Below, piece by piece: positions 62,011-64,000 of a stretch of 64,000 bases of DNA. Numbering within the stretch: position 1 is the first letter of the stretch; the number at the start of each line of letters is the position of its first letter. A program made the position numbers and the translations under genes. This DNA is from Antedon mediterranea (taxonomy: Eukaryota; Animalia; Echinodermata), in assembly GCF_964355755.1 (NCBI RefSeq), contig NC_092671.1, forward strand, positions 8,432,001-8,496,000, in the 5' to 3' direction. The notes under the pieces are model-generated. The model was given only the letters and a program-made list of their open reading frames with translations, was not told the origin of the DNA and did no database searches.

Positions 62011-64000
62011 AGAGCGACAACAAGTTTTAAAAATTATCAATGGAAAAAGAGGAAAGATATTTCTATGGTTGTAATGTATAGGACCGATGAAATATTTCTG
62101 CAATATCTTCTTATTGAAGATTAGACCAATAAGTTACATATCCAGGAGGGGCGTTGAGAGTGTTCAATTAAGTTTAAGAGGACCCTGTGTATTTCCATAT
62201 TTCTTCTTAATGAATCAATCCCAATGAAGTTTATTTGGCATGGAAGAATTTCCTCGAATTATGTTATTACGAACGATAATATTGTGGGAAAATAATGATC
62301 AAAGTTAGCCTACTTAATTAGAATTTCGCAGGTATAGGCCTATAGCATCAGTACATGGTATTCGGCATAATGCACTCCAAATTAATATGATGTCAATCAA
62401 TAATGATGACAACATTGAAGAATATTTACTTCTTAACTTTTCTTCATTTTTATTTATGCTTTATGTTGTCCTTACCAAGAAGAAAACGTCCTCTAGTCCA
62501 TAAACAAAAGTGGAAACTGTCCAATTAACGCATGCATGACATTGCTTTGAATGACAAGTTTTTCTTCTCGTAACCAGGAATGTAAAAAAATAAAGAAAAA
62601 GTCCTCGGAGAACAGTTTGAAGTGTTTTACCAGGCCAAGTAAAATTATCAGGGCGCCAGTAAGCTGTCGAGGCGAGTGTACTAGTGGTCTCTGACAATTA
62701 CGTATTCCATAATCGGCCTACCTTTGCAGCTTGGCAATTCGGCTAGGATTAAGGGTTGCGAATCCGATTTCCGTTTATTCCTAGTGAATGTGAGTGAAGT
62801 GATGAATTTCTGACGGTCGCAGATTACTGAGGTTTAAGTTAATTTATAATAAATACTTAAGTTAAATTCATCTTTATATTGAAAAGGGTTTGAACTTGAG
62901 TATACAGGATTCATGTTGATCTTTTAACGATGAGCAAATTGTCAGAGTAAAATGAGTCAAATGCAGTTTATTTTGAGAGTATAAAAGTTAACTTTGAAAA
63001 TACACGTGATAAATATGAGGTAATACCGTAATTGTATTTATTGAAAGTACAGACCGATCGGTTTTAGGTAACTGATTTTATATAATAAAAATAGTCAATA
63101 TGAGGATATAAATAATCCTAAGCTGTGACTTGTTCAACATTTGGAACATCATGAACTGCAATTGGTTTGAGTCAGTAATAGAGATATGACCTCATTTTGA
63201 CTCAGTCATCTGCTTTGTCAAATTGTCCAAATCCTTCAAAATATCCACCCAGTACGACAATGTACCGATGTAAATAGCTTGCAAATTAAAAGTGTTGCAT
63301 AGCATGGGTATAATTTAGAAAGTTATTGCGTAACACCATCTAAATAATTCTAAAAAACATTAAAAGTATCTCAATGCAGAAGTTCGTACAATTTCTGGAG
63401 AGTAACTGAATCTGAAGAAACATTATAAGATTTGCCTGTTAACATTTTAACTGAAAGTTATGAAATTTGGTCAAGTTCAGTTAACTGGAAACAATAGGCA
63501 GTTTTCGTGTAACACTTAATATACATGTATATATAATTTAATAAAGTTTACTAAAGTATCTCGATACAAAGTAACTTCTCAAAGAATAACTGGCGATTGA
63601 ACTTTGATTGATAAAAACTGACAACTGAATTGTAACTTCAAGTTGTAAAATTTGGTCAAGTTCAGTTAAATGGAAACGAGAGACAATACTATAAAGGTCT
63701 TCGTACTTTCTTAATTACATTTATTCATAGTGTATATTTGAAAACGATCCACACCCCCTAGGCGTTTCCTTGGTGTGTTAGCTTGTGAAGTTTCCCTACG
63801 CTGTCACTTCGTATTGAGAACGACGTATTGTTATAAACAGTGTCACCATAATATCATATTTATCTTAATCATGTTTATATCCTTACACAATGATACTTCT
63901 AATGATAAAATAAGTCGCTGGTATAAATTATAATTAAGAACGTGCCATTAAAAAAAAAAAATACTGGTTCTTTTAAAAGTTTTTCTAATTGAAGTATATC

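Noticed and set aside
1-64000. Muscle microRNAs (miR-1/miR-133) or hammerhead ribozymes near the MRF genes
   Set aside because: No matching mature sequences or complete catalytic cores were seen by eye. A covariance-model search would be needed to exclude them.

Overview
AT-rich (roughly 30% GC by eye), gene-poor animal genomic DNA, probably from an invertebrate deuterostome such as an echinoderm (inference). The window holds two myogenic regulatory factor (MyoD/MRF-family bHLH) genes facing each other tail-to-tail. MRF-a on the + strand is complete in three exons (5036-5575, 18164-18239, 20913-21031; 244 aa) and has a divergent helix III. MRF-b on the - strand is seen only as exons 2 and 3 (56261-56177, 53571-53444), with a canonical SSLDCLSLIVESIT helix III; its bHLH exon should lie beyond 64000. 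Just downstream of MRF-a is a Gypsy-like LTR element (23303-25965) with both termini and a TATA target-site duplication. Its 3' LTR lacks exactly a GT-AG-bounded segment that is present in its 5' LTR, and its interior is collapsed to 365 bp. A Merlin-like MITE sits inside the 5' LTR. The rest is a mosaic of MITEs, Helentron-like pieces, LINE remnants, local duplications and many short TA-flanked motifs (TAGGCCTA, TACAGTA, TACGGTA) that look like transposon excision footprints. Exon and LTR boundaries were read by hand; coordinates of degenerate repeats are approximate.
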